This document shows positions 47,349 to 56,322 of a stretch of 64,000 bases of DNA, in pieces. How positions within the stretch are numbered: position 1 is the stretch's first letter; each line of letters begins with the position of its first letter. The notes beneath the pieces were generated by a model. It ran no database searches. It was given only the letters and a program-made list of their open reading frames with translations, and was not told the DNA's origin. Made by a program: the position numbers and the translations under genes. This DNA comes from a bacterium (GTDB lineage Bacteria; Bacteroidota; Bacteroidia; Bacteroidales; Bacteroidaceae), in NCBI GenBank assembly GCA_963630025.1, contig CAVGKZ010000089.1:14-64013 (forward strand), read 5' to 3'.

Positions 47349-48530
47349 ATGAAAAAGAAAGCCAAGATTTTTGTTCCCGCAACGTTGGGAATGTTGACGG
47401 CCTTCGGTCCGTTTGTAACCGACTTCTACCTGCCTGTACTCCCAGAAATGTCCGACTTCTTCCACACATCGCCGGCGTTGGCTTCCATGAGCCTCACCTC
47501 CGGCATGATTGGGCTGGCCGTTGGACAGGTGTTCATAGGCCCTTTGACCGATAAGGTTGGCCGCAAGCGCATCCTTGTGGCGTCGATGTTGCTCTTCGTT
47601 GTGGCCTCCATTCTGTGCATCATGGCCACCGACATCTACCTTTTTAATCTCTTCCGTCTGTTTCAGGGACTTGCCGGAGCCGGCGGAATAGTCATCTCCA
47701 AGAGTATGGCCACCGACATGTACAGTGGCAAGGAGCTGGCAGACTTCATGGCAGTGCTCGGCGCGGTCAACGGCATAGCCCCGGTGGTGGCTCCCGTGGT
47801 GGGCGGACTCATGTCGGGAGTGGCCTCGTGGCAAGGCGTGTTTGCTCTGTTGCTCGTGGTGGGAGCGGTGCTTGCTGTGTGCAGTGCTATGCTCAAGGAG
47901 ACGCTGAAGCCCGAAAACCGCATACGCAAGAGTCTTCCCTCGGTCTATGCCAACCTCTTCCGCGTGTTCCGCAATCCCGTTTTCTGTCTGTGCTGCCTCT
48001 CTTCGGTGTCCGTGTTCTTCATGTTTTTCGGCTATATAGCCTCGTCGCCGTTCATTCTCCAGCAGATTTACGGTTTGTCAGCGTTTCAGTTCAGCCTCTG
48101 TTTCGGTCTCAACGCCCTTATGATAGGCATCGGTGCGGCCTTGGCAACCCAGTTTCGCCGACAGACAACGTGTCTGAAGTGCGCAGCCATCGATGTGCTC
48201 ATAGCCACCGTGGTGCTCGCCTTCTGTCTTACGGCACACATGCCTTTGGTCATCGTCATGGCTGCCTACATCTACGCCCTGACCAGTTTCGGTCTCATGC
48301 AGTCGCCCCTGACGGCAATAGCCCTCGACAGTGAGCGCAACAACGCCGGAGCAGCCAGCGCCATGTTCGGTGCCGTGCAGTTTGTGGCCGGCGCACTGGC
48401 CAGTCCGTTAGTGGGTATAGGACGCATAGAGATAACGTCGTCGCTGGTCATGGTGGGCGGTTCGCTCCTGTGTCTGCTCTGCGTGCTCTCGCTCACAGGA
48501 CGGTTGAGGAGAAACGACGCCAATATCTGA
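47349..48530 (+). CDS. MFS multidrug efflux transporter, Bcr/CflA subfamily
   Basis: 12 TM helices and MFS motif A GPLTDKVGRKRIL. I prefer the ATG at 47349 (MKKKAKIF..). Confidence 0.8.
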   Translation: MKKKAKIFVPATLGMLTAFGPFVTDFYLPVLPEMSDFFHTSPALASMSLTSGMIGLAVGQVFIGPLTDKVGRKRILVASMLLFVVASILCIMATDIYLFNLFRLFQGLAGAGGIVISKSMATDMYSGKELADFMAVLGAVNGIAPVVAPVVGGLMSGVASWQGVFALLLVVGAVLAVCSAMLKETLKPENRIRKSLPSVYANLFRVFRNPVFCLCCLSSVSVFFMFFGYIASSPFILQQIYGLSAFQFSLCFGLNALMIGIGAALATQFRRQTTCLKCAAIDVLIATVVLAFCLTAHMPLVIVMAAYIYALTSFGLMQSPLTAIALDSERNNAGAASAMFGAVQFVAGALASPLVGIGRIEITSSLVMVGGSLLCLLCVLSLTGRLRRNDANI

Positions 48531-48632
48531 GAGACGGTAGTCGGCATGGGCATCTCCCACACCAGCCACCAGCCTCCTCTGTGGCAGATTACCATGGCTC
48601 AAATCATACCAAGCCGTTTCTTTTTATCGTCA

Positions 48633-48705
48633 CTTAGTAGGCGCTGCGTCCGAGATTGTTTGTCGGGCTTTTGTCTTGATGGCGCGAGACGCAGCGCCTA
48701 CTAAG
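48633..48705. repeat. family C repeat: perfect 18-bp inverted repeat cttagtaggcgctgcgtc / gacgcagcgcctactaag, 37-bp spacer
   Basis: The arms at 48633-48650 and 48688-48705 are exact reverse complements. Confidence 0.85.
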
Positions 48706-48773
48706 TTTGTCCTGTTGCCTTTTGAAAGCGATTTTAGCTTCTTGCTCAAACCAATCATGCCGCTTGCAAAAAC

Positions 48774-48958
48774 AACTATGGCATTTATGGGTCGTAAACG
48801 GCGCGTTTAGCCATCGTAAATGGCATGTTTACGAGGCGTAAACGTGCCGATTTCAATCTGAAACCATATCGGTTGGTTTTACTTACAACTTCGTTTTGCC
48901 GACCTATACACAAAAATATACTGTAAGCAAACAGTCGCATTTTGCTTACAGTTTTTCA
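48774..48958 (-). repeat. family A ~185-bp structured repeat, copy 2 (inverted relative to copy 1)
   Basis: Its reverse complement aligns with 25119-25301, for example ...ccgtaaacatgccatttacgatggctaaacgcgccgtttacga... It carries the hairpin ctgtaagcaaa/tttgcttacag. Confidence 0.75.
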
Positions 48959-49149
48959 GAACATTTCTTTGTTTCAGAACCAACCTTGCCGATTTTCCGC
49001 TCCAAAGAAGCCCATTCGCATCATTTTCCATGAGATTTGGCACACCTATCGCCACTTTTTTGCGTGCTTTGACTACTTGTTTCATGGGTAGCTGTCTTCT
49101 CGGGCAAATTGCCAAAGCTCCTTTGTTTTGCCGTTTCAACGAATAGTTG

Positions 49150-49157
49150 TACCTTTG
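49150..49157 (+). promoter_or_regulatory. candidate -7 box TAccTTTG driving the B12 riboswitch and btuB
   Basis: gtTGTAccTTTGcgccgc, immediately upstream of the riboswitch. Confidence 0.45.
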
Positions 49158-49164
49158 CGCCGCA

Positions 49165-49330
49165 AATGGTTCGCATTTGGCGATTAATAGGGAACCGCGT
49201 GTGAGTCGCGGACAGTCCCGCTGCTGTGAGCCGCCCTTACACTTTGGTGATGACAAGCAAGCCACTGGACATTCTTCGGGAAGGTGTCATCATCCACTCG
49301 GGCGGCAAGTCAGAAGACCTGCCTTTGCAC
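49165..49330 (+). promoter_or_regulatory. cobalamin (B12) riboswitch
   Basis: Conserved core ..ttaatagggaaccgcgtgtgagtcgcggacagtcccgctgctgt.., ..gccactg..gggaagg.. and the B12 box aagtcagaagacctgcc (49307-49323). It is followed by a TonB-dependent receptor. Confidence 0.85.
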
Positions 49331-49387
49331 AGTCAGCTTCCGCCCGTTTCGAGGAAGACGCGCGGAACAAACCTTTACGACCTCCGA

Positions 49388-51382
49388 ATGAAGCGAGTTG
49401 CCCTGCTGGCCCTGTTGAGCCAGTCGGCCTTGGGCGTGCTGCAAGCGCAGCCGGCCACAGGCGACACCATAACCACCCGAACCCACCGGCTCAGCGAAGT
49501 GACTGTGGTGGAGACCATGAAGAAGCGCGCCGTGGCGAGCACCGCGCCGATGCACGTAATCGACCAGGAGGCCATCGCGGCCCATGGCGTCACCGACTTA
49601 GCTGATGCGCTCAACCGCATTCCCGGCATCACCCTACGCGACTATGGCGGCGCGGGCGGCATGAAGACGGTGTCGGTCAGGGGCTTCGGGGCGCAGCACA
49701 CCGGCGTGTGCTACGACGGGGTGATGCTAAGCGAGTGTCAGAGCGGCCAAATCGACGTGGCGCGCTACTCGCTCGACAACGTTGACAACATCGCACTCGT
49801 CATTGGCGACAACGACGACATATTCATTCCGGCCAAGAACGCCAGTTCGGCGGCAGTGCTCAACATCAACACCATGACCACGCCCACGGGCGACACGAGG
49901 CCAAGGCTGACGGCGCAGATGCGCCTCGGGTCGTTTGGCTACGCCTGCCCATTTTTCAGATACAGCCAGAGCCTCGGCAACAGGCTTTCCTTTTCGGCCA
50001 CGGGCGAATACACCTACGCCGAAAACGACTACCCCTTCACCCTGCACAACGGCAACCTGACCACACGCGAGCGGCGCACCAACAGCCGCATGAACTCCGG
50101 CCACGGCGAGGTGGGCGTGGCGTGGCGGCCTGGAAGGCACGACCTGCTCGCCGTCAAGCTATACTATTACGACAACGACAGGCAACTGCCGGGCCAGGTG
50201 CGCTACTACACCGACTTGAGCATGGAGCAGCTGCGCGACCGCAACTTCTTCGGCCAGCTGCGCTACAAGGCCGTGCTTGGCCACGCGGTGTCGCTGCGCG
50301 CCGACGCGAAGTTCAACTGGGCCATGTCGAAATACCGCGACGCGGCGTACAAGGGCGGCGTTAACGACGCCGACTACTGGCAGCGCGAGGCTTACGCGTC
50401 GGCCTGTGTGCTGTATGCGCCCACCGACCGCTGGGCATTCGACTACTCTCTTGACTACAGTTTCAACAACCTGAACAGCAGTCTGAACACCGACACCAAG
50501 CCCTATCGCCACACCCTTCTGCAAAGCATCACGGCAAAATACAAGACCAGGCGCATCACAATGATAGCGCGGCTGCTCGGCTCGCTATACTTCAACGACG
50601 CGCAACTGGGCGCGGCGGCCCACGACTTCAAGAAGCTGTCGCCGTCGCTGTCGGTGTCCTACCGCCCATTCTTGGCCCACGACTTCCACCTTCGGGCCTC
50701 CTACAAGAACATATTCCGCACGCCTACGTTCAACGAGTCTTACTTCTTCCACTACGGCAGCACCGATCTGCAGCCCGAAAGCACCGACCAATATAATATA
50801 GGTGCGACGTGGAACGGCAAGCCTTGGCACAGGGCCGAGGCGACAGTCACCGTCGACGGCTACCTCAACCACGTGCGCGACAAAATAGTGGCCGTGCCAT
50901 ACAACATGTTTGTGTGGACCAACATAAACGTGGGCAAGGTTGAGATGCTCGGTCTCGACGCCACGCTGAGCCTCACGCATAGGTTCAACCAGCGCCACTC
51001 GCTGGTGGTTTCGGGCAGCTACAGCTACCAGCAGGCCGAGAACAAGACCAACAGCGAGTCGCCCAACTACGGCAAGCAGATAGCCTACGTGCCGCTGCAT
51101 TCGGGCAGCGCGTCGGTGGGCTACCGCAACCCATGGGTTGACATCGTGCTCCACGCCACGGCCACCAGCATGCGCTACGGCAACAACGAGCACTACACCG
51201 GCACCGACATTGAGGGTTATCAAGACCTGGGGCTGGCCCTCTCCCACTCGTTCCCTATCGGAAAGGGCCGCCTCGACCTGCGCCTCGACCTGAAAAACCT
51301 GCTCGACAAGCAGTATGAGATAGTGCGCATGTATCCCATGCCGGGCAGAAGCTGGCAAGCGACAATGAAATTCACTTTATAA
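49388..51382 (+). CDS. btuB: TonB-dependent vitamin B12 receptor (BtuB-like)
   Basis: Signal peptide MKRVALLALLSQSALGVLQAQ, plug domain (..DLADALNRIPGITLRDYGGAGGMKTVSVRGFG..) and a C-terminal barrel ending ..GRSWQATMKFTL. It sits behind a B12 riboswitch. Confidence 0.85.
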   Translation: MKRVALLALLSQSALGVLQAQPATGDTITTRTHRLSEVTVVETMKKRAVASTAPMHVIDQEAIAAHGVTDLADALNRIPGITLRDYGGAGGMKTVSVRGFGAQHTGVCYDGVMLSECQSGQIDVARYSLDNVDNIALVIGDNDDIFIPAKNASSAAVLNINTMTTPTGDTRPRLTAQMRLGSFGYACPFFRYSQSLGNRLSFSATGEYTYAENDYPFTLHNGNLTTRERRTNSRMNSGHGEVGVAWRPGRHDLLAVKLYYYDNDRQLPGQVRYYTDLSMEQLRDRNFFGQLRYKAVLGHAVSLRADAKFNWAMSKYRDAAYKGGVNDADYWQREAYASACVLYAPTDRWAFDYSLDYSFNNLNSSLNTDTKPYRHTLLQSITAKYKTRRITMIARLLGSLYFNDAQLGAAAHDFKKLSPSLSVSYRPFLAHDFHLRASYKNIFRTPTFNESYFFHYGSTDLQPESTDQYNIGATWNGKPWHRAEATVTVDGYLNHVRDKIVAVPYNMFVWTNINVGKVEMLGLDATLSLTHRFNQRHSLVVSGSYSYQQAENKTNSESPNYGKQIAYVPLHSGSASVGYRNPWVDIVLHATATSMRYGNNEHYTGTDIEGYQDLGLALSHSFPIGKGRLDLRLDLKNLLDKQYEIVRMYPMPGRSWQATMKFTL

Positions 51383-51405
51383 AACCAATTTAATTTAAAA
51401 CAGTA

Positions 51406-52524
51406 ATGAAGAAAATTTATTCAAGCATCATCACTGTGTCTTTGTGCGCACTCGCACTGACATCATGTAAGAACGATGACGACACACAGTCGCAACCTAA
51501 GCCGCAACCCGTTGAAATCAGCAACGGTGCATTCGTAATCGGTTCTGGCAACAAGAGCGCAGGCATAAACGGAAGCGTAACATCCTACGACTACACCTCA
51601 GGAACAACGGTGGTTGACGCATTCAATTCGGTAAACGGCCGCGAGATAGGCCGCACGGCCAACGACGCCGTGGTGTATGGCTCGAAGATGTACATCATTG
51701 TTGACAACGAGAACACCGTGGAGGTGGTCGACAAGAACACGATGAAGTCTATCAAGCAAATCAAGACCACAGAACTTATGGGCGAAGACCGAGGCAAGCA
51801 CCCGCGCCACGGCGTGGCCTACGGCGGACATGTGTACGTGTCAACCTACGACGGCTTCGTCGCCGCCATCGACACCGCCGACTACAGCATGAAGAACATC
51901 TACGTCGCCGGTTCCTATCCCGAGGGTCTGGCCATCGTAGACAGCGTGCTCTATGTGGCCAACAGCGACTATGGCAACAATACCGACGCCTCAATATCGG
52001 AGATTGACCTTGCCACAGGCAAGTCAACACTCATCAAGGACAGCCTCATCACCAACCCCGTGAGCTTCGCCGTGGTGGGCAGCACACTCTACTTCCTCGA
52101 CTATGGCACATACGACAGTTCTTGGAATCAGATTGGCGCAGGCGTAAGGAAGATTGAAGACGGCAAGGTTAGCAAGGTGGTCGACGCAACCATGATGGCC
52201 GCCACTGGCAACAAGCTGTACATATACAACGCCCCCTATGGTTCGGCCAACGCTCCTACATACGGCGTGTATGACACCACCGCTGGTACGCTCACAAACT
52301 TCAACTGCCCCGAGGTGTTCTCGCCGGCTGCCATAGCCGCCGACCCCGTAAACGGCTATCTGCTCGTGGCTTCCTACCAGAAGAGCCCCGACACTGACTA
52401 CGCCAACTACAAGGGCAACGGCTATGTCGTAGTGTACAACAGCGACATGACCAAGAAGACCCAGTTCCTTACTGGCGTTGGCCCCACTGCCATAGTATTC
52501 AACACTGGCATCAAGTATGAATAA
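51406..52524 (+). CDS. surface-exposed beta-propeller-like lipoprotein, possibly BtuG-type B12-capture protein
   Basis: Lipobox LTSC followed by the acidic KNDDD (Bacteroidetes lipoprotein surface-export-like). Repeated ..G..P.g(l/f)a(i/v)....LYV(a/s)N.. blade-like segments. Located between btuB and btuF. Confidence 0.5.
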   Translation: MKKIYSSIITVSLCALALTSCKNDDDTQSQPKPQPVEISNGAFVIGSGNKSAGINGSVTSYDYTSGTTVVDAFNSVNGREIGRTANDAVVYGSKMYIIVDNENTVEVVDKNTMKSIKQIKTTELMGEDRGKHPRHGVAYGGHVYVSTYDGFVAAIDTADYSMKNIYVAGSYPEGLAIVDSVLYVANSDYGNNTDASISEIDLATGKSTLIKDSLITNPVSFAVVGSTLYFLDYGTYDSSWNQIGAGVRKIEDGKVSKVVDATMMAATGNKLYIYNAPYGSANAPTYGVYDTTAGTLTNFNCPEVFSPAAIAADPVNGYLLVASYQKSPDTDYANYKGNGYVVVYNSDMTKKTQFLTGVGPTAIVFNTGIKYE

Positions 52525-53650
52525 GCCACACGCCTTATTATTACTGACAATCGCATTAGTGCTGACCGTCCTTTGCTCCTGCAAAGGCGGCAGCACTAAT
52601 GCCGTTTCCGGGGGCGACACCCTGCGGCTGAAGTATGCCAGCAACCTGACCATAGTGAGGCACGAGGGCTACACCATAGCCTCGATAGCCGACCCGTGGC
52701 ACAAGGGCAAGACGCTGCACCGCTACATTCTGCTTGCCGACAGCACGCTGGACCGCAGAAGCCTGCCTGAGGGAACGGTGATACGCACGCCCATGCGCCG
52801 GGCGGTAGTGTTCACCACGGTGCATTGTAGCCTGTTTCTCAACCTCGGAGCAAGCGACGTGATAAAGGGTGTGTGCGACCTGCGCTACATCAAGCTGCCG
52901 TGGATTCAGCAGCAGTGCCGCCAAGGAAGCGTCAAGGACTGCGGCAGTGGCATGAGTCCCGACATTGAGAAGATTATCGACACCAAGCCCGACGCCATCC
53001 TGCTCTCGCCGTTTGAGAACAGTGGGGGCTACGGCAAACTCAACGAGGTTGACATTCCCATCGTGGAATGTGCCGACTACATGGAGACTTCTCCTTTGGG
53101 ACGCGCCGAGTGGATGCGCTTCTTCGGCATGCTCACAGGCCATGAGCGCGAGGCCGACTCGCTGTTTGCCATCGTCGAGAAGCAGTATCTCGCGCTGAAG
53201 GCCGAAGCCGCGAAGACAAAGAGCCGCCCCTCGGTGGTTATTGACAAGAAGAACGGCAGCGTGTGGTATGTGCCGGGCGGACAGAGCACCATGGGTGTGC
53301 TCATTGGCGACGCCGGCGGCGACTACGTGTTTGCCTCTGAGAAGAAGAGCGGCAGCATAGCCATGCCATTCGAGACGGTGCTCGACCGCGCCGGACAGGC
53401 CGACATCTGGATGCTGCGCTACAGTGGCGACCACGCCCTCACACGCCAGGAGCTGCTGTCGGAATATGGCGGCTACGGAGAGCTGAAGGCATACAAGAGC
53501 GGCCAGACCTACGGCTGCAACACCAAGACTTCGGCCTTCTACGAGGAGTCGCTCTTCCGTCCCGACCTGCTCTTGGCCGACTTCATAAGCATAATACATC
53601 CTGAAGTGAAGGGCATCAGACCGCCCAAATATTTCCACCACGTGGAGTAA
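52517..53650 (+). CDS. btuF: periplasmic-binding lipoprotein of a B12/iron-siderophore type ABC importer (BtuF-like)
   Basis: Lipoprotein signal (..VLCSC). Class III periplasmic binding protein pattern (..PDAILLSPF.., ..W(M/L)R(F/Y)..). It overlaps the previous gene by 8 nt. Confidence 0.7.
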   Translation: MNKPHALLLLTIALVLTVLCSCKGGSTNAVSGGDTLRLKYASNLTIVRHEGYTIASIADPWHKGKTLHRYILLADSTLDRRSLPEGTVIRTPMRRAVVFTTVHCSLFLNLGASDVIKGVCDLRYIKLPWIQQQCRQGSVKDCGSGMSPDIEKIIDTKPDAILLSPFENSGGYGKLNEVDIPIVECADYMETSPLGRAEWMRFFGMLTGHEREADSLFAIVEKQYLALKAEAAKTKSRPSVVIDKKNGSVWYVPGGQSTMGVLIGDAGGDYVFASEKKSGSIAMPFETVLDRAGQADIWMLRYSGDHALTRQELLSEYGGYGELKAYKSGQTYGCNTKTSAFYEESLFRPDLLLADFISIIHPEVKGIRPPKYFHHVE

Positions 53651-53700
53651 GCCATGTAGTTGGCGCAGTGCCCTTACCAACAAAGACGATTCTCGAAAAC

Positions 53701-54726
53701 ATGACGACAATGAGAAGGAGCAACACCATATTCGTAATCCTGACGACAGCAATAATAGTTTTGTTCATAGCCAACCTGCTTTGGGGCACCGTGAGCATAC
53801 CCGCCAAGGATGTGGTGGGCATACTCATGGGCGACGAGGGCGAGCGCGCCAGTTGGCGCTTCATCGTCATGCAGTCGCGACTGCCACAGGCCATCACCGC
53901 CCTGCTCTGCGGCGGAGCGCTCAGCGTGAGCGGACTGATGCTGCAAACGGCCTTCCGCAACCCGCTGGCCGACCCGTTTGTGTTCGGAGTGAACAGTGGC
54001 GCCGGCCTTGGTGTGGCTCTCGTCATGCTGGCGTTCAGCGGCACCATCACCGCCGGAGCCTACTCCATGACGGGCTTTGTGGCCGTGTTTGTGGCTGCGT
54101 TTGCCGGAGCCATGGCCGTGATGTCGGTCATCTTCATGCTCTCGTCGATGGTGCGCAACGGCGTTATGCTGCTCATCGTGGGTCTCATGATTGGCTATCT
54201 GGCCTCATCGGCCATATCCATCCTGAACTTCCTCGCCACCGAAGAGGGTGTCAAGTCGTATCTCGTTTGGGGGCTGGGCAACTTCGGCGGTGTGTCGATG
54301 GCGCAGATGCCCTTCTTCGCCACGGTCACTCTTTGTGGTCTCGTGCTGGCCTTGCTGCTCATCAAGCCGCTCAACGCCCTGCTGCTCGGCGAGCGTTATG
54401 CCGAGAACCTCGGCGTGAGCATACCCCGACTGCGCAATCAGCTGCTCGTCATCACTGGCTTGCTCACCGCCGTGGTCACGGCCTACTGCGGCCCAGTGTC
54501 GTTCATCGGCCTGGCCGTGCCCCACATAACGCGCATGATGGTGCGCACCGACAACCACCGCACGCTCCTCCCTGCGGCCATCCTCTGCGGTTCGGCCGTG
54601 GCTCTGCTGTGCAACGCGCTCTGCATCCTGCCCGGCGCAGGCGGCATAATTCCCCTCAACGCCGTGACTCCCCTCATCGGAGCGCCCGTAATAATCTATG
54701 TCATCATCAAGGGACGACATATTTGA
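53701..54726 (+). CDS. btuC: FecCD-family ABC permease (BtuC-like)
   Basis: About 9-10 TM helices, with ..RLPQAITALLCGGALSVSGLMLQT..NPLADP.. and ..GPVSFIGLAVPHI.. blocks. I prefer the ATG at 53701. Confidence 0.8.
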   Translation: MTTMRRSNTIFVILTTAIIVLFIANLLWGTVSIPAKDVVGILMGDEGERASWRFIVMQSRLPQAITALLCGGALSVSGLMLQTAFRNPLADPFVFGVNSGAGLGVALVMLAFSGTITAGAYSMTGFVAVFVAAFAGAMAVMSVIFMLSSMVRNGVMLLIVGLMIGYLASSAISILNFLATEEGVKSYLVWGLGNFGGVSMAQMPFFATVTLCGLVLALLLIKPLNALLLGERYAENLGVSIPRLRNQLLVITGLLTAVVTAYCGPVSFIGLAVPHITRMMVRTDNHRTLLPAAILCGSAVALLCNALCILPGAGGIIPLNAVTPLIGAPVIIYVIIKGRHI

Positions 54727-54802
54727 CTTCGTTCAGTCCAGTCGTTGAACGATACAGCCCGTTCGTTGAATTATATTGCAGACACTGTTTTGTCTCACTA
54801 CC

Positions 54803-54878
54803 TTTGCAGAAGATAAACTGCACTCGGCAATGTGAAAGCAAGCTTTCATTGCGCTCGTTTGCATTATCTTTGTAGAAG
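54803..54878 (+). repeat. family D 66-bp promoter-bearing repeat (one unit flanked by duplicated cTTTG(c/t)AGAAG)
   Basis: tttgcagaag at 54803 and tttgtagaag at 54869 (period 66). The core is ..ctgcactcggcaatgtgaaagcaagctttcattgcgctcgtttgcatTAtcTTTG. Confidence 0.7.
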
Positions 54879-54950
54879 ACAACAGGAAAAGAACCGCCTA
54901 CGATTGCCGCCCCATGTGGCAATATATTTCAGAAACGCACGTTATAAACA

Positions 54951-56297
54951 ATGAGACGACTGAAGAAACGCATTTTCAACACAGTTATGTTTGGGCAGAA
55001 ACGTGCTGAACTAATCCTATACGCAGTGCTGTGGACTATAATGTACGCAGTGTCAGCCTTTTCTCTGTACATCGGCCAGGACGACCTTCGCTCCACTGGG
55101 TTTGAATGGAGTGACTTGTTCAGCGCATGGGGACTGCTCACGGTGTTTCTCGTGGCGTTCTGCATCCACAACTTCTTTATTGCTCCACAACTTGTTTACC
55201 GCAACCGCCGTTGGCTATACGCCTTATTGGCCATAGCCCTCCTCGGCGCATTCACTGCCTATCAGGTTTTGGTGCATCCTCACCGTCCCGACAGTCCACA
55301 ACCACCCGAGCGTCATGCAGAAAAGCCTCTGTCCGACCGTCCTCCAAAACCCGTTGGCGAAGATGACATGATGGAAATGATGGGCAATATGATGCCAGCC
55401 GATGGTGACATGCCTAACCTTGGAGAAGATATGGCTCCGCCACTCATGCCCGAGAAGAGGCCGGAGCCGGAACCGAACGACAAGGACAAGGAGCACAAGG
55501 AACCGCCACGCGCTTTCGGAGGACAGGACTCGGTGTCGTTTATCATAGTGATGCTGCTCATGGGAGTCAACATCGGCACCAAAATCTACTTCCGTTCGCT
55601 CGACGACAGTAAGCGAATGAAGGAGCTGGAGCGGGAGAATCTCAACCGCCAACTGGAGTATCTGAAGTATCAGATCAATCCCCACTTCTTCATGAACACG
55701 CTCAACAACATCCACGCCCTGGTGGACATTGACCCCGAACAGGCCAAGACCACGATAGAGGTGTTGTCGAAGATGATGCGCTACGTGCTCTATGAGGGCA
55801 ACAGAACTATGGCTCCGCTGCAAAAGGAGATTGTCTTCATCGCCAACTACGTGGAGTTGATGCGGATAAGATACACCGACAAGGTGCGCATCTCCGTGTC
55901 CTTGCCCCAAGACGTCACCGCCGCCATTGGTTCCGACACTGGTTCGTCGCTGGCCGACATACAGGTGCCGTCGCTGCTGTTCACTACGTTTGTGGAGAAT
56001 GCTTTCAAGCATGGAGTGAGCTATCAGCAGGAGTCTTTCATAGAAGTGAGCATCGATGTGGACGAAACCGCACAGCAGATAGTGTTCACCTGCAACAACA
56101 GCGTCAAGCCGACTGCCGAAGACCGCCACGGAGGCGTGGGACTGAAGAATGCCGTCAAGCGGCTGCAACTGCTCTACGGCGACACATACGAACTGCAGAC
56201 CACCGTTTCCGGAGGCGAATACCGTCTGTCACTGAAACTGCCCACAAAGCCTTTGCCGCTGAAGGAAGCCACACAGACGGACAAAGCCAATTTATAG
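54951..56297 (+). CDS. LytS/YehU-type sensor histidine kinase (His_kinase + HATPase) with a Pro/Asp/Met-rich insert
   Basis: TM segments, then QINPHFFMNTLNNIHALV (LytS-type H box region) and the ATPase block GGVGLKNAVKRLQLLYG. Confidence 0.8.
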   Translation: MRRLKKRIFNTVMFGQKRAELILYAVLWTIMYAVSAFSLYIGQDDLRSTGFEWSDLFSAWGLLTVFLVAFCIHNFFIAPQLVYRNRRWLYALLAIALLGAFTAYQVLVHPHRPDSPQPPERHAEKPLSDRPPKPVGEDDMMEMMGNMMPADGDMPNLGEDMAPPLMPEKRPEPEPNDKDKEHKEPPRAFGGQDSVSFIIVMLLMGVNIGTKIYFRSLDDSKRMKELERENLNRQLEYLKYQINPHFFMNTLNNIHALVDIDPEQAKTTIEVLSKMMRYVLYEGNRTMAPLQKEIVFIANYVELMRIRYTDKVRISVSLPQDVTAAIGSDTGSSLADIQVPSLLFTTFVENAFKHGVSYQQESFIEVSIDVDETAQQIVFTCNNSVKPTAEDRHGGVGLKNAVKRLQLLYGDTYELQTTVSGGEYRLSLKLPTKPLPLKEATQTDKANL

Positions 56298-56322
56298 AAC
56301 CCACCTGAAAACCGTTTGAGGA

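Noticed and set aside
25119-48958. The inverted family A copies with phased 22-bp sub-repeats could be the ends of a Tn7-like or composite transposon spanning 23.8 kb.
   Set aside because: The interior is core housekeeping (aroB, nadB, dacB, rsmD, cls, dnaG, fumarase, lptD-like), with no transposase, integrase or targeting genes. The repeat ends are not sharply defined, and I saw no target-site duplication. It is more likely two copies of a small dispersed element.
53781-54875. A 364-aa Arg/His/Gly-rich ORF overlapping btuC in another frame, and similar out-of-frame ORFs such as 15128-15727 over yhhQ and 16794-17393 over lrgB.
   Set aside because: They are frame-shifted shadows of membrane-protein genes. 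The composition is implausible (poly-R/H/P), and the co-located frames encode clean polytopic transporters.
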